A DNA stretch of 64,000 bases, taken from NCBI RefSeq assembly GCF_001194135.2, contig NC_068987.1:105468209-105532208 (forward strand), in the 5' to 3' direction. Below are positions 53,150 to 64,000 of the stretch, in pieces. Each line of letters starts with the position of its first letter. Positions within the stretch are counted from its first letter, which is position 1. The stretch comes from Octopus bimaculoides (Eukaryota). Position numbers and translations under genes: made by a program. Below the pieces are notes generated by a model. The model was not told the DNA's origin and did no database searches. It saw nothing but the letters and a program-made list of their open reading frames with translations.

Positions 53150-54060
53150 AGCTAAACATTTGCCCAGGTGCCGCAGTCGAAGTACTTAATTTTATCGATT
53201 CTGAATTCAAATGTCGCGAAGTTAAACTTTGTCTTTCATCCTTCCAGAATCGGTAAAATAAAGTACGAGTCAAAAACTTGGGTAGATACGATTGATTATT
53301 CTCTCCCGTTAAATTCATAACATTTTGCCTGTTTTAGAAATTGTTACTTACCCCAGAATGATGAAAGATGAGGTTGACATCGGTAGGGTTAGAACTTAAA
53401 ACGTAAAGAGAAATTATTTGACGCAGCACGAATTGTTTTTTTTTATCTGACGCGCTACTGATTCCGCTCGGCTATCGCTCTCAAAGCAGCACAGAAAAAA
53501 AAGTGGCTGCATATGTTGGCACAAACACGGAAATTTAGAAATTAGGAGTGAATCAGTTACATCGACCCCAGTACTTAGCAGTTACTTTATTTTATCGACC
53601 CCGGAAGGAGGAATAGCAATGTTGAGCTGGTCGAGATCTAATTTCAGAACGTAAACAAGCAAAACAAATACCTCAAGACGTTCTACCCATTGCTCTAACA
53701 CAGCTAATGCGCCATTTTATACGCAACATATTTTAAGCATAAGGCCTGCAATTTTTGAGCGTGGGAAATTGTATTTTACAGAACCCAGTACATGACTGAT
53801 ATTTTATTTTATTGACACACACACAAATAATTAAATGAATAAATAAAAGGTAAATTTGACCCCAGCGGGATTTGAAATCAAAACGTAAAGAGCCGGAATA
53901 AGCAATATAAATGTTTTCTAATTTAGTCGCAAGTGCAGAAATTTTGAAGGGAGGAGATTATTCTATTATATCGACCCCAGTTGTTGACTAACACTTCATT
54001 TTATTGATTCTGAAAGTTAACCTCGTTGGAATTTGAACTCAGAACATAAAGGCCTGGAAT
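53150..54060 (-). mobile_element. Cluster of about five decayed family A SINE fragments, mostly minus strand
   Basis: The core recurs (ttttatcgacccc / gatttgaactcagaacgtaaa) at ~53340, 53580, 53860 and 54000. The ~53180-53280 copy reads partly on the plus strand. Confidence 0.6.
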
Positions 54061-54993
54061 AGACCACAAAAACAATAACAGTTAGGCATACCATTGCACA
54101 TGGGAATATCTTTACTCTTCGTATGAATTTTCATGTGACGAGAACCGAGTGCGAATCGTACCAAAGAGCAGTGTCTAGTGTCTATCTCTTCTAAAATTTT
54201 CAGAATCTTTAAAAGAAGAGATACATGCTGATACCAAGCACTTCTTTTAACGTGCACTTGGAGTTTATTTTTGCATAAATATATATATATAATGAACTAC
54301 TAATTGCAAAAGTGAAAACTTTCTCAGCTGGTAGCAATACACGTTAAAAAATATTGATTGGCCATTGAAAGAACAAATATACCAATGGCCACTTTTTTGA
54401 ATCGCACACGAAAATAATAGTAAAAGTAAAGCAACAGAGCTGTAGTTATTATTATTATCATTACAGTATTGCAAGAACTTTGTGGAAGATACACACTTTA
54501 CAAGTTAAGTCTGATTTAACCCAGTGGCACCCGATTTTTTTCATACAAGCGGGACACTGGAGAAAATACGAAAAAGAAAAGAAAAATGGCGCACTTTGTG
54601 CATAACATCAAATAAATCTATTTACAAAAATCCTATTTATATATATATATTTGTAGGCTAAAATACATATTTTTTTAGCTTACAAATATGTATAATTTGA
54701 ACTACAGGACATTATAAAGTAATTATTCTTTATTCAAGGAATGAATCATAGCTATGAAGACTATATATGCATTATTTTATATTGTATTTTTCACATTCAA
54801 AAAAATATAGTTGCAATATTTTCTCAACAAATCTCGTTTGCTACTGCGCGTAGTACACTTGTATATAACGTCGCTGTACTTGAGAATCGGTGATTTAATG
54901 AAGTTGTTCGCTTAGTCACTTTAGTGCGAATGGTAAAAGCAGATACACCAATCCTGAGTGCGCAATATCTCTTCTGTTGATAAAATTTCTCGT

Positions 54994-55358
54994 GGAGGCG
55001 CAATGGCCTAGTGGTTAGGGCAGCGGACTCGCGGTCGTAGGGTCGTGGTTTCGATTCCTAGACCGGGCGTTGTGAGTGTTTATTGAGCGAAAACACCTAA
55101 AGCTCCACGAGGCTCCGGCAGGGGATGGTGGCGAACCCTGCTGTACTCTTTCACCACAACTTTCTCTCACTCTTACTTCCTGTTTCTGTTGTGCCTGTAA
55201 TTCAAAGGGTCAGCCTTGTCACACTGTGTCACGCTGAATATCCTCGAGAACTACGTTAAGGGTACACGTGTCTGTGGAGTNNNNNNNNNNCGAGCAGGCT
55301 GTTCCATTGATCGGATCAACTGCAACCCTCGACGTCGTAAGCGACGGAGTGCCAACAA
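54994..55358 (+). mobile_element. SINE family C, full length (small gap inside)
   Basis: A box tggcctagtgg, B box ggtttcgattcc; near-identical to 16227-16610. Confidence 0.9.
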
Positions 55359-55631
55359 TCTAATAGACTTAACCCTACCCCGACATTGCTGGCCTTGTGC
55401 CAAAATTCAGAAATATTGTTAAGAAATAACAATTCTCATTTCGAATTTGGTTCGGTACAATGTGAATATCTATGAATTAGACAACCGATGACTATCAAAT
55501 CAATTGAAAAGCAGTGTAGATGTAAATATTTTTTTGGTGTTTTTCTTGAAATAAGGGGGAAAAGGGCTTTAAAATTTGGGTATGGGTATTAGTAGTTTAA
55601 ATCGATCCAATACTCGAAAGTCACCTATTTT

Positions 55632-56056
55632 CATTATTTACATAGGACGGATACGTGTCATCCTGTTTGTTGTTACCATAACGTTTCGGCTGATTTACTC
55701 TCCCACCTTCATCAGGTGTCCTGGTAGGTTTTTGAACCCAACCCTGGGTTCTCATTTCTAAGGTATTTTTTTTTGCTGATGTAATTATTATTAGTATCAT
55801 TATCTGTTCAAGGCACTGCCTAGAATTGAACTCGCAATCTTGGGATTAGTAGCCCGCGCTCTTAACCATTGAATAAATAATGATACTAATAATAATATCA
55901 GTAAAAAATACCTTAGGAATGAGAACCCAGGGTTGGGTTCAAAATTCTACCAGGACACCTGATGAAGGCTGAAGAGTAATTCAGCCGAAACGTTATGGTA
56001 ACAACAAACAAGATGAGGACACGTATCCGTCCAATGTAAATAATGTAAATAATGTA
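55632..56056. mobile_element. Palindromic tRNA-headed, hammerhead-bearing element (two inverted copies)
   Basis: Arms 55632-55803 and 55876-56045 are ~170-bp reverse complements. The spacer is a tRNA-like head on the minus strand (tggttaagagcgcgggctactaatcccaagattgcgagttcaattct). The right arm ends in (aatgtaaat)n. Confidence 0.85.
55948..56000 (+). ncRNA. Hammerhead-ribozyme-like core (minimal type I, Penelope-style); second degraded copy at 55680-55726 (-)
   Basis: CTGATGA (55959-65), extra A, stem II GGCTGAA/TTCAGCC with a 6-nt loop (55967-86), GAAACGTT (55987-94) with palindromic ACGT in place of helix III. Helix I is imperfect (only distal TACCA/TGGTA pairs). Confidence 0.55.
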
Positions 56057-56689
56057 TAGAATACCTCATCTCTAAAATATAGAACAGTGTCACTTATTTT
56101 GTTGATCCCTAATGGATGAAAGGCAATGTTGACTTCGGGGATTTTTAATCAGGATGTACAGAGCTGGAAGAAATGTCACAAGGCATTTTCGCCAGTCACT
56201 CTATTTATCGTCCTATCAACTCTTGAAAAATAATTCTAATATAGGCATAAGACCTGAAATTTTGGAGATGGAGATGGTTAAATCATCCGCAATATTTGAC
56301 AGGCACTTTGTTTTATCGATCTTGAAAGGATGAAAGGCAAAATTGACTTCGGCAAGATTTGAACTCAGATCGTAAAACGTCGGAACAAGCACTGTAAGTA
56401 TTTTCCTAACCTTTCACGATCCAACTAATCCATCGTGCATGTAGATGCAAAAATTAAAACATTTTCCGTTTCTAAAGATGAAGTTAATACTTCTGAAAAC
56501 CTCTTCACAACTTTGCGGCAAGTCAAAACAGAAACCCTCTTCAGTAGCTCTTGTAACTACAGGTGCAAGGGATGTTTTCCTTTGCTCTAGAACATCGTCT
56601 TATCGCTTTTCCTCTATACCCAAGATATGGATCTTATGAGGAAAGCCTGTGGTTGTCAATTTTTTCTACTATAGGCACATGATCTAAAA

Positions 56690-56875
56690 TTTTTGGGAAG
56701 CGGCTTTTGATCACTTCAATCTCAGAGATCAACTGGTACTTATTTCATTGACTCCGAAAGTATGAAAGGCAAAGTCGATCTTGGTGGAATTTGAACTAGA
56801 ACTTAAAAACGGATAAAATGCTGCTTAGCCTTTCGTCCGGTGTGCTAACCATCCCGCCAGTTCGCTGCTTTCGCT
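56690..56875 (-). mobile_element. SINE family A (further decayed copies at ~56090-56420)
   Basis: ggtacttatttcattgactccgaaagtatgaaaggcaaagtcgatcttggtggaatttgaact...ccgccagttcgctgc. Confidence 0.75.
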
Positions 56876-57854
56876 TTCATTAGGACTTTAACTATGCAAA
56901 CTCCTCCTAACCACATATGGTTTGTAGTTAGTTCGGTACTCATCACCTGCCATTACAAAACATAATTGAGCCCAGAGTTAGCATCTTACCAGTGTTTGTT
57001 GTTGTGAAGCTTTTTTTTTATGTCATCTCATATATTATGACATTAGCCTATAGACAGATGTGTTCTACACCAGCTTTGTTGTCTTGCTCCGGCATCAGTT
57101 TTTAAGCCTATTTATACATCCCGTACATTCTCCCCGACTGATGAAAACTACAACATTCCGCACGGTTGCGAGGGCTTCCTTTAAACGTTGCTTTGGGGGT
57201 ATATTCAGAAGTGTCACTTTATTTTTCTTTACCGTTTTTTTCTCTCGATAAAATCGTCAGGTAAGGAGGCTGAACGTTTTGTCAAACACCTAGCCAGAGT
57301 CTATACTTTTTTAAGAGACAGCACTCTATTGAAAACAACCTTTTGGTTTGTGATAATTGCAAAGTTTATGGTGGTATTGCGCAAAATATGGAAATTTCCA
57401 CCATCGCCAACGTCTGTGTATTTCAGCCGAATTTTCTTTTGCTTTTTTTTTTTACTGAATATTTTGTTCAAAGTGCAATTGTTTGTATTGGCTTGTTTAG
57501 ATATTGATTTGATATACATTAAACTTTTGGATGCGTATCTCATCACCAAATCAGAGGATATCACATTTACAAAATTTTAAAACACAATAAAATGTTTTAT
57601 TTCCTTCCTAAGCAGAGAAAACACAAAGAAAAATTAAAAATCTCTCTATGCAACAAATCCACAAGTCACGGCACAATAAAAATCCAATTCTGAAAGTAAT
57701 CTATGAATTTTTTAAAAGCTCACGCAGATTGTAAATGGCACATCTATTGCAGACAAATCCAATATTCCAAGAATAGTGGGAAGAAAAAGAAGAACGACAG
57801 TAACAACAACAACAATAAAAACCACCACCACCACCACCACCAAAACAACAACAA

Positions 57855-57872
57855 CAAATAATAATAATAATG

Positions 57873-57939
<67 letters not shown>

Positions 57940-57965
57940 TAATAATGATAATAATAATAATAACA
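57855..57965. repeat. (TAA)n/(TGA) microsatellite
   Basis: Direct reading. Confidence 0.95.
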
Positions 57966-59465
57966 ATTTCTTTTTATCGGATTTAACAGTCGCTAGAAAT
58001 ATTTAGAATTATAGAAAGACAAAAGACAGTGAGAATTTACATAGAACGTGTTAACAATTAAAAAAAAAAACAATAACAATTAGCAAAAAATGTTAACAAA
58101 CAAAAGCCCCAACAGGGGAAACGCCAGCCAAGGGTAACCAAAGAAATAATCCACCCTCCTCGAGCGACCCTAATCATCAGAAATCTCACGGCAAATGTTC
58201 TTCATCCCTTCTTACCTCCCCAGCCTACAGGCACTAGCTTATAGCCGGCCCGTTCACACGAGGCATCCTCACCACATTCCTTTACCTTTCAGCAAATTTA
58301 GTGGCAGCACTAACTTCCTTCCTTTTCAAATGGAACTTGGCCAAAAAGGAAAATGTCTGTCGTTATTCCTTTTTGTCTCATCCACCACACAACCGCTTTT
58401 GCGACAACCACGTGGCAGAGGAAAACTGCCGGCTATTCTTAAACAAAAGAGGGCAACGGGCGGTCTTCACTGTGGAGTCAGTCGATGGCATTAACAACTT
58501 GCTGTTCGACGTAACTCCACAAATTAGCGATGCTCGGATACTACGAGTATGTGTAGGACTGTTTCGTCGCTCTGCGTGCGTCTCAATACTACCATGTTGT
58601 AGAGTTTCGGCAATGACCATCCCCATTCGATATCATTGCCGGCCCAAGGATTTCTGGAAATTATCCATAGACCTTGGACAGAAAGTCTCCAGAATAGACC
58701 ATCCACTTGATTGTTGTCAACAGCTACTAGTTTGAAGACACCACTTCCGCAACGATTCACGTTTCATTTGTGTTTTGTATTTGTTACTGAGAGTGGAAGT
58801 TGTAGTAATGATAGTGAACATAATGTTGCTGCGAGTAGAACGCTGTGCGATAGTCAATTGTCCCTACGCACGTGGAATTTCGGTTGTCGGCACTCGGTAA
58901 TTTATTCGTGGAGGTGGCATCATTCGAAAGCTAAAACGATGCAAAGCGCATTGTGAACAGCAACGTATTACAACATCCGATAGTCTGGTCGATCATGTGA
59001 TCATGTGACTTTTCTTCCAACGACGTTTTGGTATCAGTTAATTAATTACCTCTGCCTTAGCGAATGCGGAAGTATTATTTTCAGTCGTGTTTGTTTGTTT
59101 GTTTGTTTGTCCGTGGACAAGCAGTAGAGTTTCTGGCTAATCGTTGAGAGGACGTTGGTATTGCGTTGGCGGTTTGCGCTCTCGAGTGCTCTTATTATTG
59201 TTTGGCTTGAGCACGCTATGTTAGCACACGATTATTTTAAAATATCAGCCGTGTTAGGATCAATGATAGAAATGATGGTAGTAGTGTTTGTTGTTGCTGT
59301 TGGTGATTGTGGTGCTGAATTTGGTTGTTGTTGGTATTGAAATTATGGCGGCGGTGCTGGTGTTGATGGTGGTGATGATGGCGCTGACGCGAAAGTATTA
59401 GTTGCAGCAATAATAAACATGTTGGTGATGGCTGTTGTCATGGTGACGGTGATGGTAGGAGTCTA

Positions 59466-59648
59466 GAGCATTTACCCCCCATGAACAATATCCCACCCCC
59501 AAGGATAATTAGCCTTTAGGACAACAGATGACGATGTAAAACTTAATATATTGGAGAAGGGGTAATTAGCCAAGGTGGGTAATTCTCCTAGGTGGTAGTT
59601 GTCGTCGGGGGAATTGTCCTATGAGGGTGGGGGTAATTGTCCTGATAC
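59466..59648. mobile_element. Decayed MITE-like element with inverted arrays of GGACAATTMCCCC motifs
   Basis: Left catttacccccc, aacaatatccc, ggataattagcc; right gggtaattctcc, ggggaattgtcct, ggggtaattgtcct. Confidence 0.45.
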
Positions 59649-59997
59649 GGATGGTAGTGGTGTGAGTGATGACAGCGGTGGTGGACATGGTGGTAGTGAA
59701 AATGATAACTGTGGTATTGATGACGGTGTGCTGGTAGTAGTATTAGTATTAATATTATTATTATTAGTAGTGGTAGTGGTGGTGGTGATGTTAGATGCGT
59801 TGGCGTTGATTGGGAAATGATTGTGATTGTGAGTGGTAGCGGGGACGGTGATGGTGATGTTATTGGTCGGATAGCACTGATAGTGATGGTGGTGGTGGTG
59901 GTGGTGGTGATGGTGGTGGTGATCGTGTTGGCGTTGTTGTTGGTGGGGTAGTGTTGGTAGAGAAGGTGGTAGTGGATGTGCAATTATTGATATTGAT

Positions 59998-60429
59998 AAA
60001 GGCGGTGAGTTGGCAGAAACGTTAGCGCGCCGGGCGAAATGCCTAGCAGTATTTCGTCTGCCGTTACGTTCTGAGTTCAAATTCTGCTGAGGTCGACTTT
60101 GCTTTTCATCCTTTCGGGATCGATTAAATAAGTACCAGTTATGCACTGGAGTCGATCGAATCGATTTAATCCCTTTGTCTGTCCTTGTTTGTACCCTCTA
60201 TGTTTAGCTCCTTGTGGGCAATAAAGAAATAAGAAACGTTAGCTCGCCGGGCGAAATGCTTAGTGGTATTTCGTCTGTCTTTACGTTCTGAGTTCAAATT
60301 CCGCCGAGGTCGACTTTGCCTTTCATCCTTTCGAGGTCGATAAATTAAGTGCCAGTTGTGTACTAGGGTTGATCTAATCAACTGGCCCCCTCCCCCAAAA
60401 TATAGGACCTTGTGCCTACAGTAGAAAAG
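59998..60429 (+). mobile_element. Tandem SINE chimera: full A2 followed by 5'-truncated A1
   Basis: A2 at 60001-~60232 is joined at gaaacgttagc to A1, which ends gtagaaaag. attattgatattgat lies at 59983-59997 and 60430-60444. Confidence 0.8.
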
Positions 60430-61807
60430 ATTATTGATATTGATGTTGTTGTTGGTGGTGGTAATGGAGTTTATAATAGATGCGGCATTGGGAGTCAAGG
60501 AGGTGTTGGTCGTTAATGATGCTAGTGGTGATGTTATTGTTGTTGTTGGCGGGGGGTGTAAGGTGCTGGCAATGATGATGATGGTAGTGGTGGTGGGTGG
60601 TGAAGCAAGTGGTGTTGATCACAATGGCTATGTCGATTACCTTGGTGATGATTCGCGGCAGATTGCGTTTCAGAGGTGATAGCTGTAATTACGACGCCGG
60701 AGGTAGTTGCGGCGGCTCTGGTTCAATGGGAGTGGTAGCTCTTTTGTAGTGGCGGTAGTGGTGATTAGTGTTGATGGTAAGAGACAGTGGTATGCTGGCG
60801 GTGGCAGCGGTGATGCTATTCAAAATGGCAGTCATTGTTATGTTGGTAGGATGATAGTGATGCTGGAGGTGGTGTAGTGACNNNNNNNNNNNNNNNNNNN
60901 NNNNNNNNNNNNNNNNNNNNNNNNNNNNNNNNNNNNNNNNNNNNNNNNNNNNNNNNNNNNNNNNNNNNNNNNNNNNNNNNNNNNNNNNNNNNNNNNNNNN
61001 NNNNNNNNNNNNNNNNNNNNNNNNNNNNNNNNNNNNNNNNNNNNNNNNNNNNNNNNNNNNNNNNNNNNNNNNNNNNNNNNNNNNNNNNNNNNNNNNNNNN
61101 NNNNNNNNNNNNNNNNNNNNNNNNNNNNNNNNNNNNNNNNNNNNNNNNNNNNNNNNNNNNNNNNNNNNNNNNNNNNNNNNNNNNNNNNNNNNNNNNNNNN
61201 NNNNNNNNNNNNNNNNNNNNNNNNNNNNNNNNNNNNNNNNNNNNNNNNNNNNNNNNNNNNNNNNNNNNNNNNNNNNNNNNNNNNNNNNNNNNNNNNNNNN
61301 NNNNNNNNNNNNNNNNNNNNNNNNNNNNNNNNNNNNNNNNNNNNNNNNNNNNNNNNNNNNNNNNNNNNNNNNNNNNNNNNNNNNNNNNNNNNNNNNNNNN
61401 NNNNNNNNNNNNNNNNNNNNNNNNNNNNNNNNNNNNNNNNNNNNNNNNNNNNNNNNNNNNNNNNNNNNNNNNNNNNNNNNNNNNNNNNNNNNNNNNNNNN
61501 NNNNNNNNNNNNNNNNNNNNNNNNNNNNNNNNNNNNNNNNNNNNNNNNNNNNNNNNNNNNNNNNNNNNNNNNNNNNNNNNNNNNNNNNNNNNNNNNNNNN
61601 NNNNNNNNNNNNNNNNNNNNNNNNNNNNNNNNNNNNNNNNNNNNNNNNNNNNNNNNNNNNNNNNNNNNNNNNNNNNNNNNNNNNNNNNNNNNNNNNNNNN
61701 NNNNNNNNNNNNNNNNNNNNNNNNNNNNNNNNNNNNNNNNNNNNNNNNNNNNNNNNNNNNNNNNNNNNNNNNNNNNNNNNNNNNNNNNNNNNNNNNNNNN
61801 NNNNNNN

Positions 61808-61846
<39 letters not shown>

Positions 61847-61969
61847 GCTTGTGTGTGTGTATATATGCATATATATGTATATATCTATATATACATATCT
61901 ATATATATACATATGCATATATATGTATATATATTTATGTCTATATATATATTTATGCTTGTGTGCGTG

Positions 61970-62001
<32 letters not shown>

Positions 62002-62844
62002 CACATATATATGTATATATATGCACACACACATATGCACACATATGGTACATAGGAATGTATGTGTGTGTATGTATATGTGCGCGTGAATGTGTGTACG
62101 GGAGTGTATGTACATAGATTTTTACGTTTTTGAGTTCGTATATATGTATACGTATATGAATGTGCTTACGTATGTGAATACGTGCATATGTACATAGTTG
62201 TAAGCGCTTGTAAGTAAATGTGTATGTGTACTTTTGTGTGCATATGTGTAGTAAAAGCATGTGTATGCGTGCATGTGTGTGTTTCCATGTGGAATGGGAT
62301 GCAGGGGAAGTGTAACGGCACTTCCCTCACTCAACACCCATAATAACTTTCTCCAACTTAATTTCCCTAACTGACGTTCGAATTTCACTTGTAAGCGCCA
62401 GTCATCCTGGGAAGCCATCGAGCGGAAAATCTCACTACCTACCCACCGACTCACTTCTCCTAAAGGCAGATATTGTTTTTTTATTTTTTTTTATTTTCCT
62501 TCTCGATACATCTCTGTCCGATTAATATGGTCTTCCTCACTTCTATTCTCTTTCTATCTTGTATCCTTCAAACTCTTCTTAGCTTTATCCCTTAAACTAA
62601 TACTCTCTCTCTCTCACCCTCTCTCTTTCTTACTTTCATTTTCTCTTTACTTCTCACATTCATTTACTGCATTTTCAAGATATTCCTTCAATTTTGTGTC
62701 TGTCTGCCTGCCTGTCTCTCTTCTCTCTCTGTCCCCCTCTCTCACTTTATCTATCTATCTACTTATACAGACATCATTCTATTACTCCTCTAAATTCTAT
62801 ATAAATATATTGCTATCTCAGTCTCCTCTGCCATTACATGTATG

Positions 62845-62882
<38 letters not shown>

Positions 62883-63414
62883 NNNNNNNNNNNNNNNNNN
62901 NNNNNNNNNNNNNNNNNNNNNNNNNNNNNNNNNNNNNNNNNNNNNNNNNNNNNNNNNNNNNNNNNNNNNNNNNNNNNNNNNNNNNNNNNNNNNNNNNNNN
63001 NNNNNNNNNNNNNNNNNNNNNNNNNNNNNNNNNNNNNNNNNNNNNNNNNNNNNNNNNNNNNNNNNNNNNNNNNNNNNNNNNNNNNNNNNNNNNNNNNNNN
63101 NNNNNNNNNNNNNNNNNNNNNNNNNNNNNNNNNNNNNNNNNNNNNNNNNNNNNNNNNNNNNNNNNNNNNNNNNNNNNNNNNNNNNNNNNNNNNNNNNNNN
63201 NNNNNNNNNNNNNNNNNNNNNNNNNNNNNNNNNNNNNNNNNNNNNNNNNNNNNNNNNNNNNNNNNNNNNNNNNNNNNNNNNNNNNNNNNNNNNNNNNNNN
63301 NNNNNNNNNNNNNNNNNNNNNNNNNNNNNNNNNNNNNNNNNNNNNNNNNNNNNNNNNNNNNNNNNNNNNNNNNNNNNNNNNNNNNNNNNNNNNNNNNNNN
63401 NNNNNNNNNNNNNN

Positions 63415-63454
<40 letters not shown>

Positions 63455-63750
63455 TATATATACATACGTGTTATCTGCTTAATATTATCTCGTATTCAGC
63501 TTACTGCAATCCTTATTTTGCGTTATTTCTTCCAATGTTTAATATAAAATATTTTAATTTTCGTTTTCTTTTTTGTATTATTATTATTGTGAATGAATGT
63601 ATCATTATATAAAGGGCATATTATGTCCGAACCAATTGCAAACTACATACTTGAGGCACAGCATGAAGCATTGGAAATGCAGAACACGCAGATACCTACA
63701 ATAATGTATGTGTGTATGTATGTATGTATGTATGTATGTATGTATGTATG

Positions 63751-63784
<34 letters not shown>

Positions 63785-63943
63785 TGTATGTATTTATGTA
63801 TGTATGTATATGTGTCTGTATGTATACGTGTGTGTATACGTAGGAATACTTTTACAAATGATATATGCACATACATGTATATGCACATATACGTTATTGC
63901 CTAAATATAAGTATGTCCATATATGAGCGTTTATACGCTTGTG

Positions 63944-64000
<57 letters not shown>

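Noticed and set aside
58195-58956. Overlapping 78-144 aa ORFs on both strands as protein-coding genes
   Set aside because: No recognisable domain or consistent frame; kept only as a unique-sequence island.

Overview
Eukaryotic, AT-rich, gap-ridden (many N runs flanked by microsatellites) repeat-dominated intronic/intergenic DNA. The repeat families resemble those I associate with octopus/coleoid genomes (inference, not verified). No intact host protein-coding gene is recognisable; almost all long ORFs in the track are microsatellite or N-gap artefacts. Supported content: a 5'-truncated, frameshifted R4/Dong-like non-LTR retrotransposon with a (TAA)n tail (6365-8240); an internally deleted Helitron with a decayed PIF1-type helicase and a hairpin+CTAA 3' end (~20780-23271); a decayed HERO/NeSL-type restriction-like endonuclease remnant (~40530-40790); dozens of copies of at least three tRNA-derived SINE families; a TA-flanked Tc1/mariner-pogo MITE; and several foldback elements. 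The most unusual object is a ~420-bp palindrome at 55632-56056. It is made of two inverted copies of a short element that has a tRNA-like Pol III head, a hammerhead-ribozyme-like core (CTGATGA-stem II-GAAACGT) and an (AATGTAAAT)n tail. This suggests a Penelope-mobilised, ribozyme-bearing SINE. A second, unrelated tRNA-containing palindrome of similar design lies at 11393-11733. Coordinates of decayed repeats are approximate.
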